A program made the position numbers and the translations under genes. Below are positions 18,575 to 28,427 of a stretch of 50,147 nucleotides of DNA, piece after piece. Every line of letters begins with the position of its first letter. Position 1 is the stretch's first letter. The notes beneath the pieces are model-generated. The model was not told the DNA's origin. It made no database searches and saw only the letters and a program-made list of their open reading frames with translations. This stretch comes from Nanobdellota archaeon (GTDB taxonomy: Archaea; Nanobdellota; Nanobdellia; Woesearchaeales; JAHWHD01): positions 9,181 through 59,327 of the forward strand of contig JAYENX010000056.1 in the NCBI GenBank assembly GCA_034722435.1. The letters are read 5' to 3'.

Positions 18575-20950
18575 TTACTTTTTTAACCTTTTATCTAATT
18601 GTTCCATTCTTCTGTCAAACAACCTATTTCCATTTAAATGATTATAGGATTTCTCCATTGCTGTAAAGAATACTTTTCTATCTATACATAACTTACTGTG
18701 AGATTCACCACATTCTCTTTGTAAAACTAAATTCCCATAAGACGCCATTCGTGTAAATTTAGGATCATCCCTATAAGGGTCTTCAATAACTTCTTCTTTT
18801 GTCATTTCATGAATTTCTTCATCGCTTTTATCAGGGAAGTCTCTTTCAAAAGCTTCACGTCGTTTATTATAAGCTTTAATAAGTCCTGTATACATCATTT
18901 TCTCACTTTCGTCTTTCACTGCATCGATTGCTTGTTTTGCCATGCCTACAGTCATGAACGCGGGACCTGCGATATCTTCAGCGATACCTGTTGCTTCATC
19001 AGTTAATTTTGTAACTGCTTTACCTTTTGTTCTTGAAATAAAAGTATTAACTAGTCTATCTTTACGCGATGATTTTAAAAAATTGTTTTCTTCTTGTCTT
19101 TCAAGCATTGCCTTATACACTTTAAGTTGTTCATCAGCTTTATCTTGTTCAACCATAAAAGGAGTTTTTTTACCTTTCCAAAATTTAAGTTTGTCAAAAG
19201 AATCGCCCACTTTTTCAGTAAAACTTTTCTTCAATATATCTCCAGGTTTCATATTTTCAATATCCATAGAAGGATCATAAGAATCTACGAATATTTTTTT
19301 TATAGTCATCAAATCTTCATAAGTAGTTTGGGCAGTTTCCATGCCTGTCCCTGCTTTTTCTAGAAACTCTTTATATTTTTTAAGTCCTCTAATCTTGGCA
19401 GGGTCTGTTTGTTTACTAATCTCTTTATCTAAACCGTTCATGAACTTTTCACTAACTACATCTTTATAGTCTAATACGCTGGAATCACCACTTTTATCAC
19501 AAAACGGGTTATACCAAGGACATTTTTTTTCAACTAAACAACTATCTTTTTCACACCCAAACTCGCAAAAACCAGTATGAATTTTACCATCTAAACAAAA
19601 TTCAATTTTATTACCAGTTAAACATTTACCAAACTTTTCATCACAATTTGCCTTTTCTTCTGTTTCCTTGTCTAATTTTAATTTTTGTTTTTCAGTCATA
19701 CAATTAGCATCTTTACATCCGAACTCGCAAATTTCAGATTGAAGAGTTTCATCATCACAATAAATAAGTTGTTCTGATGAACCACAATATAAAGTTCCCT
19801 CAGTACATTCAGGAATTGAAACGCACTTTTCTTTTTTACATTCGAAATTAATTTCGCAATCGAAATCGTCTATACATTTTTCAGATTTGACACATTTATT
19901 TGATTCACAAAAATAACCTACACCACAATCATCTTCATCTTCACAACCTAAAATACATTTATTATCTTTACAAATTTCATCTACGTCACAATCATAAGTA
20001 TCTTCACATCCCAAAGTACATTCACCGGATTCGCAAACTTCATTTGTTTCACAGTCAGAATCTGTTTTACACTCGCTATCAATCACGCATTCAAAATCTA
20101 TGCAAGAATAGCCAGTATCACAATCTGAGTTGTAATCGCATTCGTTATCAGTTATGCATTCACCGGATTCACAAACTTCATTTGTTTCACAGTCAGAATC
20201 TGTTTTACACTCGCTATCAATCACGCATTCAAAATCTATGCAAGAATAGCCAGTATCACAATCTGAGTTGTAATCGCATTCGTTATCAGTTATGCATTCA
20301 CCGGATTCACAAACTTCATTAGAATCACAATATGAATCATCAACACATTCATTTTCTTTATCAGTTGGTCCTTTAGTGTCTCTACAAACAGCTTCAAAAC
20401 AGCCATACTCGCATCTTTCAATTCGGCTTTTTCCATCTTCACAGATAAGTACATCGTTTTTAGTAACGCATTTAGAATCGAATGTTGGATCAGCACACAC
20501 ATCTGATGAATCCGATGAATCTGGTGAACCCATACATGTGAACTTATAATCTTCCCCCCTTCCCCATGTTGTGCCTTTAGGACATTCTGTGTTACATTCT
20601 CCATCTGAACAACCTTTTAAACATCTTTCAGGATAAATTTGTCCTGTTTCTGTACAAGTTAATAAATCGCCATTTTCAGTACATTTTTGTACATATGTTG
20701 ATTTATCGCAACCGCATACTCCCTCTCCTTCACAACCAGCTTCACAATGAGTTTCATAATAATGTCCTGATTTGCAAAATGCAATAGTATGTTTGTCAAT
20801 ACAACGATATGATGTTCCTATTGACATAAGAAAATTATCTTCATTGCCACATTCACTTTTGAAAGATGCGTCAGTACAACCAACTATGAATAGTAATAAT
20901 AGTATAAGAGATATAATTAGTAATTTAGTTTTCATGAGTTTATTTTTCAA
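18575..20950 (-). CDS. Large Cys-rich repeat lipoprotein with helical C-terminal domain
   Basis: Lipobox IVGC; many C..D.DC.....C....C units; the last ~300 aa are nearly Cys-free. Confidence 0.85.
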   Translation of the reverse strand: MKNKLMKTKLLIISLILLLLFIVGCTDASFKSECGNEDNFLMSIGTSYRCIDKHTIAFCKSGHYYETHCEAGCEGEGVCGCDKSTYVQKCTENGDLLTCTETGQIYPERCLKGCSDGECNTECPKGTTWGRGEDYKFTCMGSPDSSDSSDVCADPTFDSKCVTKNDVLICEDGKSRIERCEYGCFEAVCRDTKGPTDKENECVDDSYCDSNEVCESGECITDNECDYNSDCDTGYSCIDFECVIDSECKTDSDCETNEVCESGECITDNECDYNSDCDTGYSCIDFECVIDSECKTDSDCETNEVCESGECTLGCEDTYDCDVDEICKDNKCILGCEDEDDCGVGYFCESNKCVKSEKCIDDFDCEINFECKKEKCVSIPECTEGTLYCGSSEQLIYCDDETLQSEICEFGCKDANCMTEKQKLKLDKETEEKANCDEKFGKCLTGNKIEFCLDGKIHTGFCEFGCEKDSCLVEKKCPWYNPFCDKSGDSSVLDYKDVVSEKFMNGLDKEISKQTDPAKIRGLKKYKEFLEKAGTGMETAQTTYEDLMTIKKIFVDSYDPSMDIENMKPGDILKKSFTEKVGDSFDKLKFWKGKKTPFMVEQDKADEQLKVYKAMLERQEENNFLKSSRKDRLVNTFISRTKGKAVTKLTDEATGIAEDIAGPAFMTVGMAKQAIDAVKDESEKMMYTGLIKAYNKRREAFERDFPDKSDEEIHEMTKEEVIEDPYRDDPKFTRMASYGNLVLQRECGESHSKLCIDRKVFFTAMEKSYNHLNGNRLFDRRMEQLDKRLKK
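20019..20320 (-). repeat. About 2.2 near-identical tandem copies of a 138-bp (46-aa) unit
   Basis: TTCACCGGAT recurs at 20021, 20159 and 20297. Confidence 0.95.
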
Positions 20951-21036
20951 ATTACTCTTTAAATACTTTCTGTTTCAAATGTTTTATAGATAAATTTACA
21001 AAAAGAATTAATAATAATAAACTATTGAAAAGGACA

Positions 21037-21198
21037 TTACATCTGTCCAGTTTCTATGTATTTTTTCATAAGTCTTTCAATTACAACATTTGGAGCGTAT
21101 CCTTTACGTGAACACGCTTTAACATACGCATCATAAGTTCCTCTATCAATATTATAATCAAGTTTCATTTTTTTTGCTGCTTTAGGAGTTGCTGCCAT
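21037..21198 (-). CDS. Small ribbon-helix-helix-like protein (53 aa); not in ORF track
   Basis: MAATPKAAKKMKLDYNIDRGTYDAYVKACSRKGYAPNVVIERLMKKYIETGQM; GGTGA SD upstream. Confidence 0.75.
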   Translation of the reverse strand: MAATPKAAKKMKLDYNIDRGTYDAYVKACSRKGYAPNVVIERLMKKYIETGQM

Positions 21199-21282
21199 AT
21201 TTTATCACCATGTAAATGGAAACAGTTATGGTTTATAAAATGTTTGAATGGTCGTGAGAAATAGGAATAAAACTATGATGTG

Positions 21283-21933
21283 TTAATCAAAAGGGATTAT
21301 TTCAAAGTTCATACTCTTTGCCTTTTGCAGCATTCGTTCATTTATAGAAATCCCTTTAACTTTTGCAACTTCTTTAGCAGCATGAACATTATGAACTTTA
21401 AATTTACGCGTTTTCAATGCTTCAACCCCTTCCTTTCCAATCAATTGTTCATTTTTAATATCAAAAGCAAGTGCTTGAATTGAGAAAGGAACTCCTGCCA
21501 AGAAATTAGTTATTGTTGGTTGTAGATTGTTCTTTTTAATATGTTCATGATCAGATAATGGAAATATATCAATTTCAAAGTTATCTTTTTTAAAAGTTGG
21601 ATTTCCAAATTTATGATAAGATACTTCCCAACCCTTAGGAACTGTTAATTCTTTGTTCAACGTATCAACAACAAAATCAAAGTCTTGGTTTTTTTGTGAA
21701 CCGCCATATATTTCGTTTGCTAATGTTCTACTTACAGTACCGCCAACTAAATATATATTACCTTGAGAATTATTCTTTACAATGGATATAATTTCTGTAT
21801 AATTATCTATTTTATTAAGTCGATCGAGCAATACTTTACCGAGTTCTTTTTCTGTAAATGAAATCATAGAGCTATGACTGTTTGAAACATATAAAAAGGT
21901 TTTGAAAGATTTATGAACTTGTTTTAACTCCAT
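21283..21933 (-). CDS. Standalone class II (CCA/poly(A) polymerase head-domain) nucleotidyltransferase
   Basis: YLVGGTVSRTL, DFDFVV, EIDIFP, PFSIQALAFD. Confidence 0.75.
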   Translation of the reverse strand: MELKQVHKSFKTFLYVSNSHSSMISFTEKELGKVLLDRLNKIDNYTEIISIVKNNSQGNIYLVGGTVSRTLANEIYGGSQKNQDFDFVVDTLNKELTVPKGWEVSYHKFGNPTFKKDNFEIDIFPLSDHEHIKKNNLQPTITNFLAGVPFSIQALAFDIKNEQLIGKEGVEALKTRKFKVHNVHAAKEVAKVKGISINERMLQKAKSMNFEIIPFD

Positions 21934-22304
21934 TCAGAAACTACAACAATGTTATTTCCTATATTTTCCATCTTTAAAATTATCTTGTTATTTTGTGGTT
22001 CTAAGCAAAAATCATTATTTACTTTCATTGAATAAATGGTGACAGACCGACTCTTACTATTTTCATAAATAGTAATAGCTTCGTTAGAAAAACAGGCTTC
22101 ATCAATATCAGTCAAAATTTCAAACGATTTCGAAGAACTATAATCATAACTTACTACTTCTAATCTACTTTCAAAATCCGCGATAAATAGGAGACTTGAT
22201 TTTTGAGGAACGGGCGCCGGGCGAATCATTAACAGATAAATAAATAACCCGGATAATGCAAGAACTACGATTGCTGAAAAAATGATTATTTTTTTACGTT
22301 TCAT
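21924..22304 (-). CDS. Membrane-anchored hypothetical protein
   Basis: Basic N-terminus plus one hydrophobic helix. Confidence 0.6.
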   Translation of the reverse strand: MKRKKIIIFSAIVVLALSGLFIYLLMIRPAPVPQKSSLLFIADFESRLEVVSYDYSSSKSFEILTDIDEACFSNEAITIYENSKSRSVTIYSMKVNNDFCLEPQNNKIILKMENIGNNIVVVSEWS

Positions 22305-22308
22305 TGGA

Positions 22309-22959
22309 TTAATTAAATTCCTCTTTTTCTAATTTCTGGACAGGTAAGGAAACTATTTCCCATGTAGTTTTGCCATCTCCCCATCGTTCAACAGCTTCAT
22401 ACGATTCATCATAGCTTATTAAAATTCCGTCTTTGAAGCATACTTTGTGTTCGTACTTTTTATTCCCTTGAACGCTAAAACCTTGATAACAATCATTTGA
22501 TTTCTTGATACTGTTCCAGTTATTTACTTCTGTTTTAAGTTTTGATATTAACTTTGACATTGTTAAAACTTCGTTAAAATTAATTTCATAATCATTACAA
22601 CCTTCAACTGTTTTGTTAATAACTAAATCCCCTGACTCGTTAATCTTTCGTTCATGTATTAATTGACAACTGCAATCATCTAAATCATCATTTTTATTTT
22701 GATAACAATAATAGCTTAGGCCAATTCCTGTACTTTTGCTTACAGAATTAAAATGTGATATTTCTTCGTTATTTATGGCGAACAGATACTCGCGACTTGT
22801 CGTTCCACGATAACTGGCCTCAGTATAATGATGTACTCCGTATTCTGAAGGGATAATATTTTGACTTAATAGAGAAGTTAATTTTGTGGGTTGAGTTGAA
22901 CAGCCAGCTATAAAAATAATGATTAAACACAGAATTATGAGTTTTTTAATCATATACAT
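22309..22959 (-). CDS. Lipoprotein, unknown function
   Basis: Lipobox IAGC. Confidence 0.7.
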   Translation of the reverse strand: MYMIKKLIILCLIIIFIAGCSTQPTKLTSLLSQNIIPSEYGVHHYTEASYRGTTSREYLFAINNEEISHFNSVSKSTGIGLSYYCYQNKNDDLDDCSCQLIHERKINESGDLVINKTVEGCNDYEINFNEVLTMSKLISKLKTEVNNWNSIKKSNDCYQGFSVQGNKKYEHKVCFKDGILISYDESYEAVERWGDGKTTWEIVSLPVQKLEKEEFN

Positions 22960-23021
22960 AGTATAATATTACTTCATATTTAAAACTATTTCTTATTTGT
23001 TCTTCAAATGGAATTTATAAG

Positions 23022-23055
23022 AAAACTTATATACTCTTTTTAATCTATTTGATAA
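23022..23055 (+). repeat. 34-bp promoter/leader repeat, copy 1
   Basis: AAAACTTATATACTCTTTTTAATCTATTTGATAA, identical to 23712-23745. Confidence 0.9.
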
Positions 23056-23056
23056 T

Positions 23057-23692
23057 ATGGGATTAAGAGAAGAACGAGAAAATAAATTTAAGAAACAATA
23101 TGGTTCTAAAAAAAAGGCAGAGAAATATGATTCTTGGACTGTTAAAGATAAAAAAGATTATAAAATAGAAGTCAAAAAAATAAGAAATCTAATAGCCGAA
23201 TATGGAAAATATAAATATAAAACATTATTAGATGTTGGATGCGGTACAGGTAGTCACTTAGAAATTCTGAAAAAATATTATGAATGTACTGGTATTGATA
23301 TTTATGCCAATATGTTGAAAATTGCAAAGAGAAAAGTTCAGGATGTTAAATTTATACAAGCCGATATGAGGCAGTTTAATCTAAATAAGAAATTTGATAT
23401 TATAATATCTTTATTTAGTGTCATTCTTTATTCAGGAACGTATTCTAATTTTAAAAAGACTATAAAAAATATGTACAATCATCTAAATGTAGGAGGAATA
23501 TTAATATTAGAACCATTCTATCAAAAAGAATTAGAGCTTAAAAAAGGAAAGAAATTAAATAAATATTATTTATACAACGAACCTGTAAAATGGATTAAAA
23601 TAATGTCAGATATAGGCTTCAAAACAATATATTTAAAAAATATCTTTTTAGATAATCCTGAAAAAGGTTTGTACATAGCGATTAAAAAATAG
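23057..23692 (+). CDS. Class I SAM-dependent methyltransferase
   Basis: LLDVGCGTGSH, GIDIY, IQADMR, HLNVGGILILE. Confidence 0.9.
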   Translation: MGLREERENKFKKQYGSKKKAEKYDSWTVKDKKDYKIEVKKIRNLIAEYGKYKYKTLLDVGCGTGSHLEILKKYYECTGIDIYANMLKIAKRKVQDVKFIQADMRQFNLNKKFDIIISLFSVILYSGTYSNFKKTIKNMYNHLNVGGILILEPFYQKELELKKGKKLNKYYLYNEPVKWIKIMSDIGFKTIYLKNIFLDNPEKGLYIAIKK

Positions 23693-23711
23693 AAGTTTTA
23701 TTTTTTATAAA

Positions 23712-23745
23712 AAAACTTATATACTCTTTTTAATCTATTTGATAA
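23712..23745 (+). repeat. 34-bp promoter/leader repeat, copy 2
   Basis: Identical to 23022-23055; ends 2 nt before the ATG at 23748. Confidence 0.9.
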
Positions 23746-23747
23746 GT

Positions 23748-24698
23748 ATGAACTATGATTTAACCATATCTAGAATTGTAAAAAACAGATGGAAGAATTC
23801 TCAAATTAAATCTATTAAAAGATTGGTTAAAGGATATAAATTCCCTGTTTTAGATGTTGTTATTGAAAATCCTAATAAAGAGATTATCATCAAGATTGTA
23901 GAAGATAAAGTTTTTGAGAAAAGAGGGTATTTAGAGATAAACGTAATAAAATTACTTTTGAAGAGATTCTCCGAGTTTCCAGTTCCTCGCATAATTAAAT
24001 TCGATGATTCAAAACAATTGATTGATTTCCCGTATATCATAGAAGAAAAGATTCAAGGGTATGACCTGGCAGATATAGATATTTCAAGTATTAAAAATAA
24101 AAAAGAGTTTGTTATTTCTTTTGCTAAATACGCTGGTCAAATGAATTCAATAACCTTTAAAGATTTTGGTTATTTTGATGAAGAATTAAAAATAAAAACA
24201 ATTTCTTGGTTTGATTTAATTATTGAAGAAATATCAAGGTACGTTGATAAAATCGAGAAAAACGAATTTCTTAATAAAAAAACTATTGAGAAAGTTAAAC
24301 AGTATATTGAAAAAAATAAATATTTAATGAAAATTAAAAACAAACCAAGATTTATTCATAACGATTATCATGGAAGTAATATCAAAGTAGGTTTAGTTGA
24401 TGGCCGATGTGAGATAACGGGAATCTTTGATTTTGAAATTTGTATGAGCGGGGACCCAGTCAGAGAATTGTATAAAGCGGAATGGGTTTTAAGTAAACTT
24501 CCTAGCTACAGGAAATACTTTTACCAAGAATATTCTAAATATGTTAAATTACCTAAAGATTACAAAAAAAGACTTGAATTTTATGAATTATTAGGTAGAT
24601 TGAAACATGTGCAGTATAGAAAGAAATTTGAAACTTCTTCTAAAGGGAAAAGAATCATTAAAGAGGGTGTTGAAATAATTAAGAGTATAGTTAAGTGA
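23748..24698 (+). CDS. Aminoglycoside phosphotransferase/choline kinase family protein
   Basis: FPVPRII, FIHNDYHGSNI, IFDFE, GDPVREL. Confidence 0.9.
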   Translation: MNYDLTISRIVKNRWKNSQIKSIKRLVKGYKFPVLDVVIENPNKEIIIKIVEDKVFEKRGYLEINVIKLLLKRFSEFPVPRIIKFDDSKQLIDFPYIIEEKIQGYDLADIDISSIKNKKEFVISFAKYAGQMNSITFKDFGYFDEELKIKTISWFDLIIEEISRYVDKIEKNEFLNKKTIEKVKQYIEKNKYLMKIKNKPRFIHNDYHGSNIKVGLVDGRCEITGIFDFEICMSGDPVRELYKAEWVLSKLPSYRKYFYQEYSKYVKLPKDYKKRLEFYELLGRLKHVQYRKKFETSSKGKRIIKEGVEIIKSIVK

Positions 24699-24769
24699 TT
24701 GACATATGAGCTTTAGAAAATTCCTTCATATGATAAAGATTATAATTTAAAAATGTAAAAGAATCACTA

Positions 24770-25231
24770 TTATTTGTTCATTTTATCTAAAATTAATTTT
24801 GCAAGAAGTATAAGAATGATACCTCCAATAATCCCCGCAAAAAATCCAGTGTCAAGCCACCATTCTTCAGTTTTATCAATTATATTTGAAATAACAAATA
24901 TAAGACCTCCTATAAAAGTTATTCCTGTAACAATAATTCCATTCCTTTGAGATTCTTTTGCCTGCGATTTTAACATTTTCGAATCAATTTCTTCATCTCT
25001 TATTATTTTTATTGCTCCATATCCTGACTTAAACATCAGTAATGCCATAATAAATAATAAAAATGATGAAAGTATCCCTGATCCAAAATAAATATCTCCC
25101 CACTGTTCATAATGATACCCTGCATAATACCATCCAGCAAAATCAGTTAATAATAATAACGCTCCAGAGATAATGCATATTAGTATTATACCCATTAATA
25201 TTCCTTGATAATCTGATGTTTTAAGTTTCAT
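24770..25231 (-). CDS. Membrane protein (about 4 TM)
   Basis: Four hydrophobic segments. Confidence 0.65.
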   Translation of the reverse strand: MKLKTSDYQGILMGIILICIISGALLLLTDFAGWYYAGYHYEQWGDIYFGSGILSSFLLFIMALLMFKSGYGAIKIIRDEEIDSKMLKSQAKESQRNGIIVTGITFIGGLIFVISNIIDKTEEWWLDTGFFAGIIGGIILILLAKLILDKMNK

Positions 25232-25446
25232 AATGATAAAATAATTTTAATATGCATATTTAAGAGTTTGCAAGTATTGCATTAAATTTAGACATAGTCC
25301 TTACTATTATAATAACTATCGATAAAACTTATGAATATTTCAACTCTTAGTCATCACCAATACTGCTTAAAATCATAAGTACTGTGCAGTTTACCAGATA
25401 TATTTATATAGTATATATAGTTGAAACTAGCATATAAACTAACAAG

Positions 25447-26688
25447 GTGATTGATATGGCTAATGCTTTTCTAAACGCACAAAAGCAGCTTGAGAAAGCT
25501 GCAAAGCTTATGAAGCTTGATAAAAATATATTTGAAATAATTAAAGAACCAAAACGTGTAGTTGAAGTTAATTTCCCAGTTGTAATGGATGACGATTCTG
25601 TAAAGACTTTTAAAGGTTATAGAAGTCAGCATAATAATAGCAGAGGGCCGTTCAAAGGTGGTATACGTTTTCATCCGGATGTTAACATTGATGAAGTAAA
25701 AGCTTTGTCAATGTGGATGACATGGAAATGTTCAGTAGTAGGAATTCCGTACGGCGGTGGCAAAGGCGGGGTTATTGTAGACCCTAGAAAACTTTCCGAG
25801 AAAGAGAAAGAAAGGTTGTCCAGAGCTTATATTGGAGCTATCAAACCGTTCATTGGACCGTTAAAAGATATACCTGCGCCTGATGTTTATACCACTCCGC
25901 AAATAATGGCGTGGATGGTTGATGAGTATTCTAAACTTGAAGGAAACTATACACCAGGAACTGTAACAGGAAAACCTTTAGAAGTAGGCGGTAGTAAAGG
26001 TAGAATGTATTCAACATCTAAAGGTGGAGAATATGTAATTCGTAAACTTGCTGAGAAACTTAAACTGAAGAAAGGAGCAACAGTAGCTGTACAAGGTTAT
26101 GGTAATGTTGGAAGTTTCATTGCAAAGTTTTTGTATGATTTAGATTATAAGATAATTGCAGTAAGTGATAGTAAAGGAGCTATTTATGATGAGAAAGGTT
26201 TAGATCCTTATGCAGTTAGCGAGACTAAGAAAGAGAAAGGTACAGTTTGTAAGCATAAAGGTAAATGTATTACAAATGAAGAACTTCTTGAGTTAGAGGT
26301 AGATATACTTGTGCCAAGTGCTCTAGAGAATGTAATTACAAAGGATAATGTTGACAAGATAAAAGCAAAAGCTATAGTTGAGATGGCAAACGGACCTCTT
26401 ACCCCAGAAGCTGATGAATATCTGTCAAAGAAAAAGGTACCTGTTGTACCAGACATTCTTGCGAATGCTGGCGGTGTAACTGTAAGTTATTTTGAATGGG
26501 TACAGAACCTTATGAATTTCTATTGGAGCGAGGAAGAAGTTTTAGAAAAATTAAAACCGTTAATGGATAATGCTTTTGATGATGTCTGGAAAGCTGCAGA
26601 TGAACATAAGACAACTCTTAGAATGGGTGCTTACATTGTAGCAGTGAAAAGAGTAGCAGACACGATTAAATTAAGAAAGGGGTTATAA
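25447..26688 (+). CDS. gdhA: Glutamate dehydrogenase (Glu/Leu/Phe/Val family)
   Basis: [47 protein letters not shown]. Confidence 0.95.
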   Translation: MIDMANAFLNAQKQLEKAAKLMKLDKNIFEIIKEPKRVVEVNFPVVMDDDSVKTFKGYRSQHNNSRGPFKGGIRFHPDVNIDEVKALSMWMTWKCSVVGIPYGGGKGGVIVDPRKLSEKEKERLSRAYIGAIKPFIGPLKDIPAPDVYTTPQIMAWMVDEYSKLEGNYTPGTVTGKPLEVGGSKGRMYSTSKGGEYVIRKLAEKLKLKKGATVAVQGYGNVGSFIAKFLYDLDYKIIAVSDSKGAIYDEKGLDPYAVSETKKEKGTVCKHKGKCITNEELLELEVDILVPSALENVITKDNVDKIKAKAIVEMANGPLTPEADEYLSKKKVPVVPDILANAGGVTVSYFEWVQNLMNFYWSEEEVLEKLKPLMDNAFDDVWKAADEHKTTLRMGAYIVAVKRVADTIKLRKGL

Positions 26689-26695
26689 GGAAAAA

Positions 26696-26872
26696 ATGGC
26701 AGAAGAAATAGGACAGGAACAAAAGTTTGTTAAGGATATGTTAGAACGTGCTCAAAAGAAAGATGAAGAGAAAAAGATTATCCTTATGAAAGATGTTGAC
26801 ATTAAAAAAGTTGAAGAACTTACCAAAGAGTTGCAGGAAAAAATTCAAAGAGGTAAAGAAACTAAATTTTAA
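26696..26872 (+). CDS. Small charged protein (58 aa); not in ORF track
   Basis: MAEEIGQEQKFVKDMLERAQKK...RGKETKF, starting 7 nt after the gdhA stop. Confidence 0.6.
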   Translation: MAEEIGQEQKFVKDMLERAQKKDEEKKIILMKDVDIKKVEELTKELQEKIQRGKETKF

Positions 26873-26911
26873 TTTTATTTTTTTCTTTGATTTTATAATA
26901 AACAAAATATT

Positions 26912-27691
26912 CTATTCAGATTTTGCGTAAGTATCTACTTTTATTTTTATCATACCAAAGTCTGCTTTCAATGTTCGGAAAAGTTTAGATTCTGATAAAT
27001 GTTCAGGAAGATGTTTCCAGAAATCGTAGCCAGTTAGTTTCCAGCTATCTTCACCACCTATACGAGTTACTTTGGTTAGCACGTCCAATGCTTCAACATA
27101 ATTATTTAGAGCATGAGCAAGATTAGTTTGTGCAAAGCTAGTGTGTGACGCTTTGAACATTGAATACTTGATAACAGCACTCTTCATAGTTTCAATGTTA
27201 GATTCTCCACCCCAAAGCAAAGGCATGATTTCAGTTTTAAGTTCTTTAAGTGAAGTTTGATGTATACGAGGATCAACTTTAGCGTTATGGGCATTTTTAT
27301 CTAAATCACGAGCTAAAGAAAGCTTAGCAAGTCCCAGATATGCTGAAGCTACCATGAAAGGGTCATAGCTAAAAGTATGTTTTCTTCGAAAAGCTTCAAT
27401 CAAACCAAGATAAAGTTGAGATTTTTGAATATTACGTTCATCAGGTTTAACATTTTCTAAAACATCTCTTTCAAGAATGTTAAAAGTTGATATTGAATAA
27501 TCTTCAAGTTTTTTATAAGAAGCTACAGGATCTTTGGTATATTCTACTTCGTTGTATAGTGCTTGAGCAAAAACTTCTAAATCTCCAATTACTAGATTTT
27601 TTGCTTGAGGTTGTAAACCAATAAAGAATTGGTCAATAGAATCGTCACTTCCTGAAATGTCCATTATCTGCGTTTTGCTAACGTCTCTCAT
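26912..27691 (-). CDS. Hypothetical helical protein
   Basis: 259-aa ORF, no recognised motif. Confidence 0.6.
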   Translation of the reverse strand: MRDVSKTQIMDISGSDDSIDQFFIGLQPQAKNLVIGDLEVFAQALYNEVEYTKDPVASYKKLEDYSISTFNILERDVLENVKPDERNIQKSQLYLGLIEAFRRKHTFSYDPFMVASAYLGLAKLSLARDLDKNAHNAKVDPRIHQTSLKELKTEIMPLLWGGESNIETMKSAVIKYSMFKASHTSFAQTNLAHALNNYVEALDVLTKVTRIGGEDSWKLTGYDFWKHLPEHLSESKLFRTLKADFGMIKIKVDTYAKSE

Positions 27692-27783
27692 AATATAGTA
27701 GAGTAACTAAGGAGATATTTAAAGATTCTTGGGCTGGAATGTCTACATAACATTTATATATACTATGCACTTATTGCATACAA

Positions 27784-28014
27784 ATGGTACAAGTGAAGCG
27801 TAAAGATACAAGAAAACGGTTAGGAAGGTATTCAGCAGTTAACTTACCAAAACCGTTATGTGACGAACTTGATTCTATAGTTAAAAAAGAAGGGATATAT
27901 GGTTCTAGGGCTAAGCTCGTGGTTAAGATTGTACAAGACTTTATAGAGAAATGGAGAAGAGATCAAGTATTGAAGCATCAAATTGAGAAAAAACTTAAAA
28001 AGAAGTTATATTAA
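27784..28014 (+). CDS. Ribbon-helix-helix (CopG-like) regulator
   Basis: AVNLPKPLCDELDSIV...SRAKLVVKIV. Confidence 0.75.
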   Translation: MVQVKRKDTRKRLGRYSAVNLPKPLCDELDSIVKKEGIYGSRAKLVVKIVQDFIEKWRRDQVLKHQIEKKLKKKLY

Positions 28015-28019
28015 ATAAT
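27987..28019 (+). repeat. 33-bp direct repeat, left copy (spans the RHH stop codon)
   Basis: GAAAAAACTTAAAAAGAAGTTATATTAAATAAT, identical to 28752-28784. Confidence 0.9.
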
Positions 28020-28155
28020 AAAATAAGTTATCGTAATTTTTTAAAATTTACAATGTAAATTATCAATTCTATTCCATATTCAACTTTAAATTTTCTAATT
28101 TTATTTTAATACTTATTTCAGTTTAAGATTTATACAATTCAAACCAAAACATTTA

Positions 28156-28179
28156 TATACTTAAGTATACTTAAGTATA
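28156..28179. promoter_or_regulatory. Perfect 24-bp palindromic operator of the toxin-antitoxin operon
   Basis: TATACTTAAGTATACTTAAGTATA overlaps the TTTATATA box and ends 3 nt before the antitoxin ATG. Confidence 0.8.
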
Positions 28180-28182
28180 CTT

Positions 28183-28422
28183 ATGACAACTACAACCATT
28201 AAATTACAAATTCCAACCAAATCTAAACTGGATTTATTTAGAGAGTATAAAAACGAAAGTTATGATGAAGTAATTAATAAATTAGTTTATATTGTAAAGA
28301 ATGTTAAAAAAAATCCAGAATTAAGTAAAGAAACCATTCTTGCTATTGAAAAAGCACGTGAGCGTATAAAAAAAGGTCATTTTTTATCTGAAGAACAAGC
28401 AATGAAACGCTTAGGAATGTAG
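28183..28422 (+). CDS. Antitoxin (archaeal RHH-type, RelB-like partner)
   Basis: TTIKL...KSKLDLFR...ESYDEVINKL; directly upstream of a RelE toxin. Confidence 0.8.
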   Translation: MTTTTIKLQIPTKSKLDLFREYKNESYDEVINKLVYIVKNVKKNPELSKETILAIEKARERIKKGHFLSEEQAMKRLGM

Positions 28423-28427
28423 TTAGA

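Noticed and set aside
20019-20320. 138-bp and 60-bp (9361-9540) repeats as CRISPR arrays
   Set aside because: Both are in-frame coding tandem repeats without unique spacers; no cas genes in the window
24699-24750. TTGACA...TATAAT as a sigma-70 promoter
   Set aside because: Spacing is far from 17 bp, and such hexamers are expected by chance in AT-rich DNA
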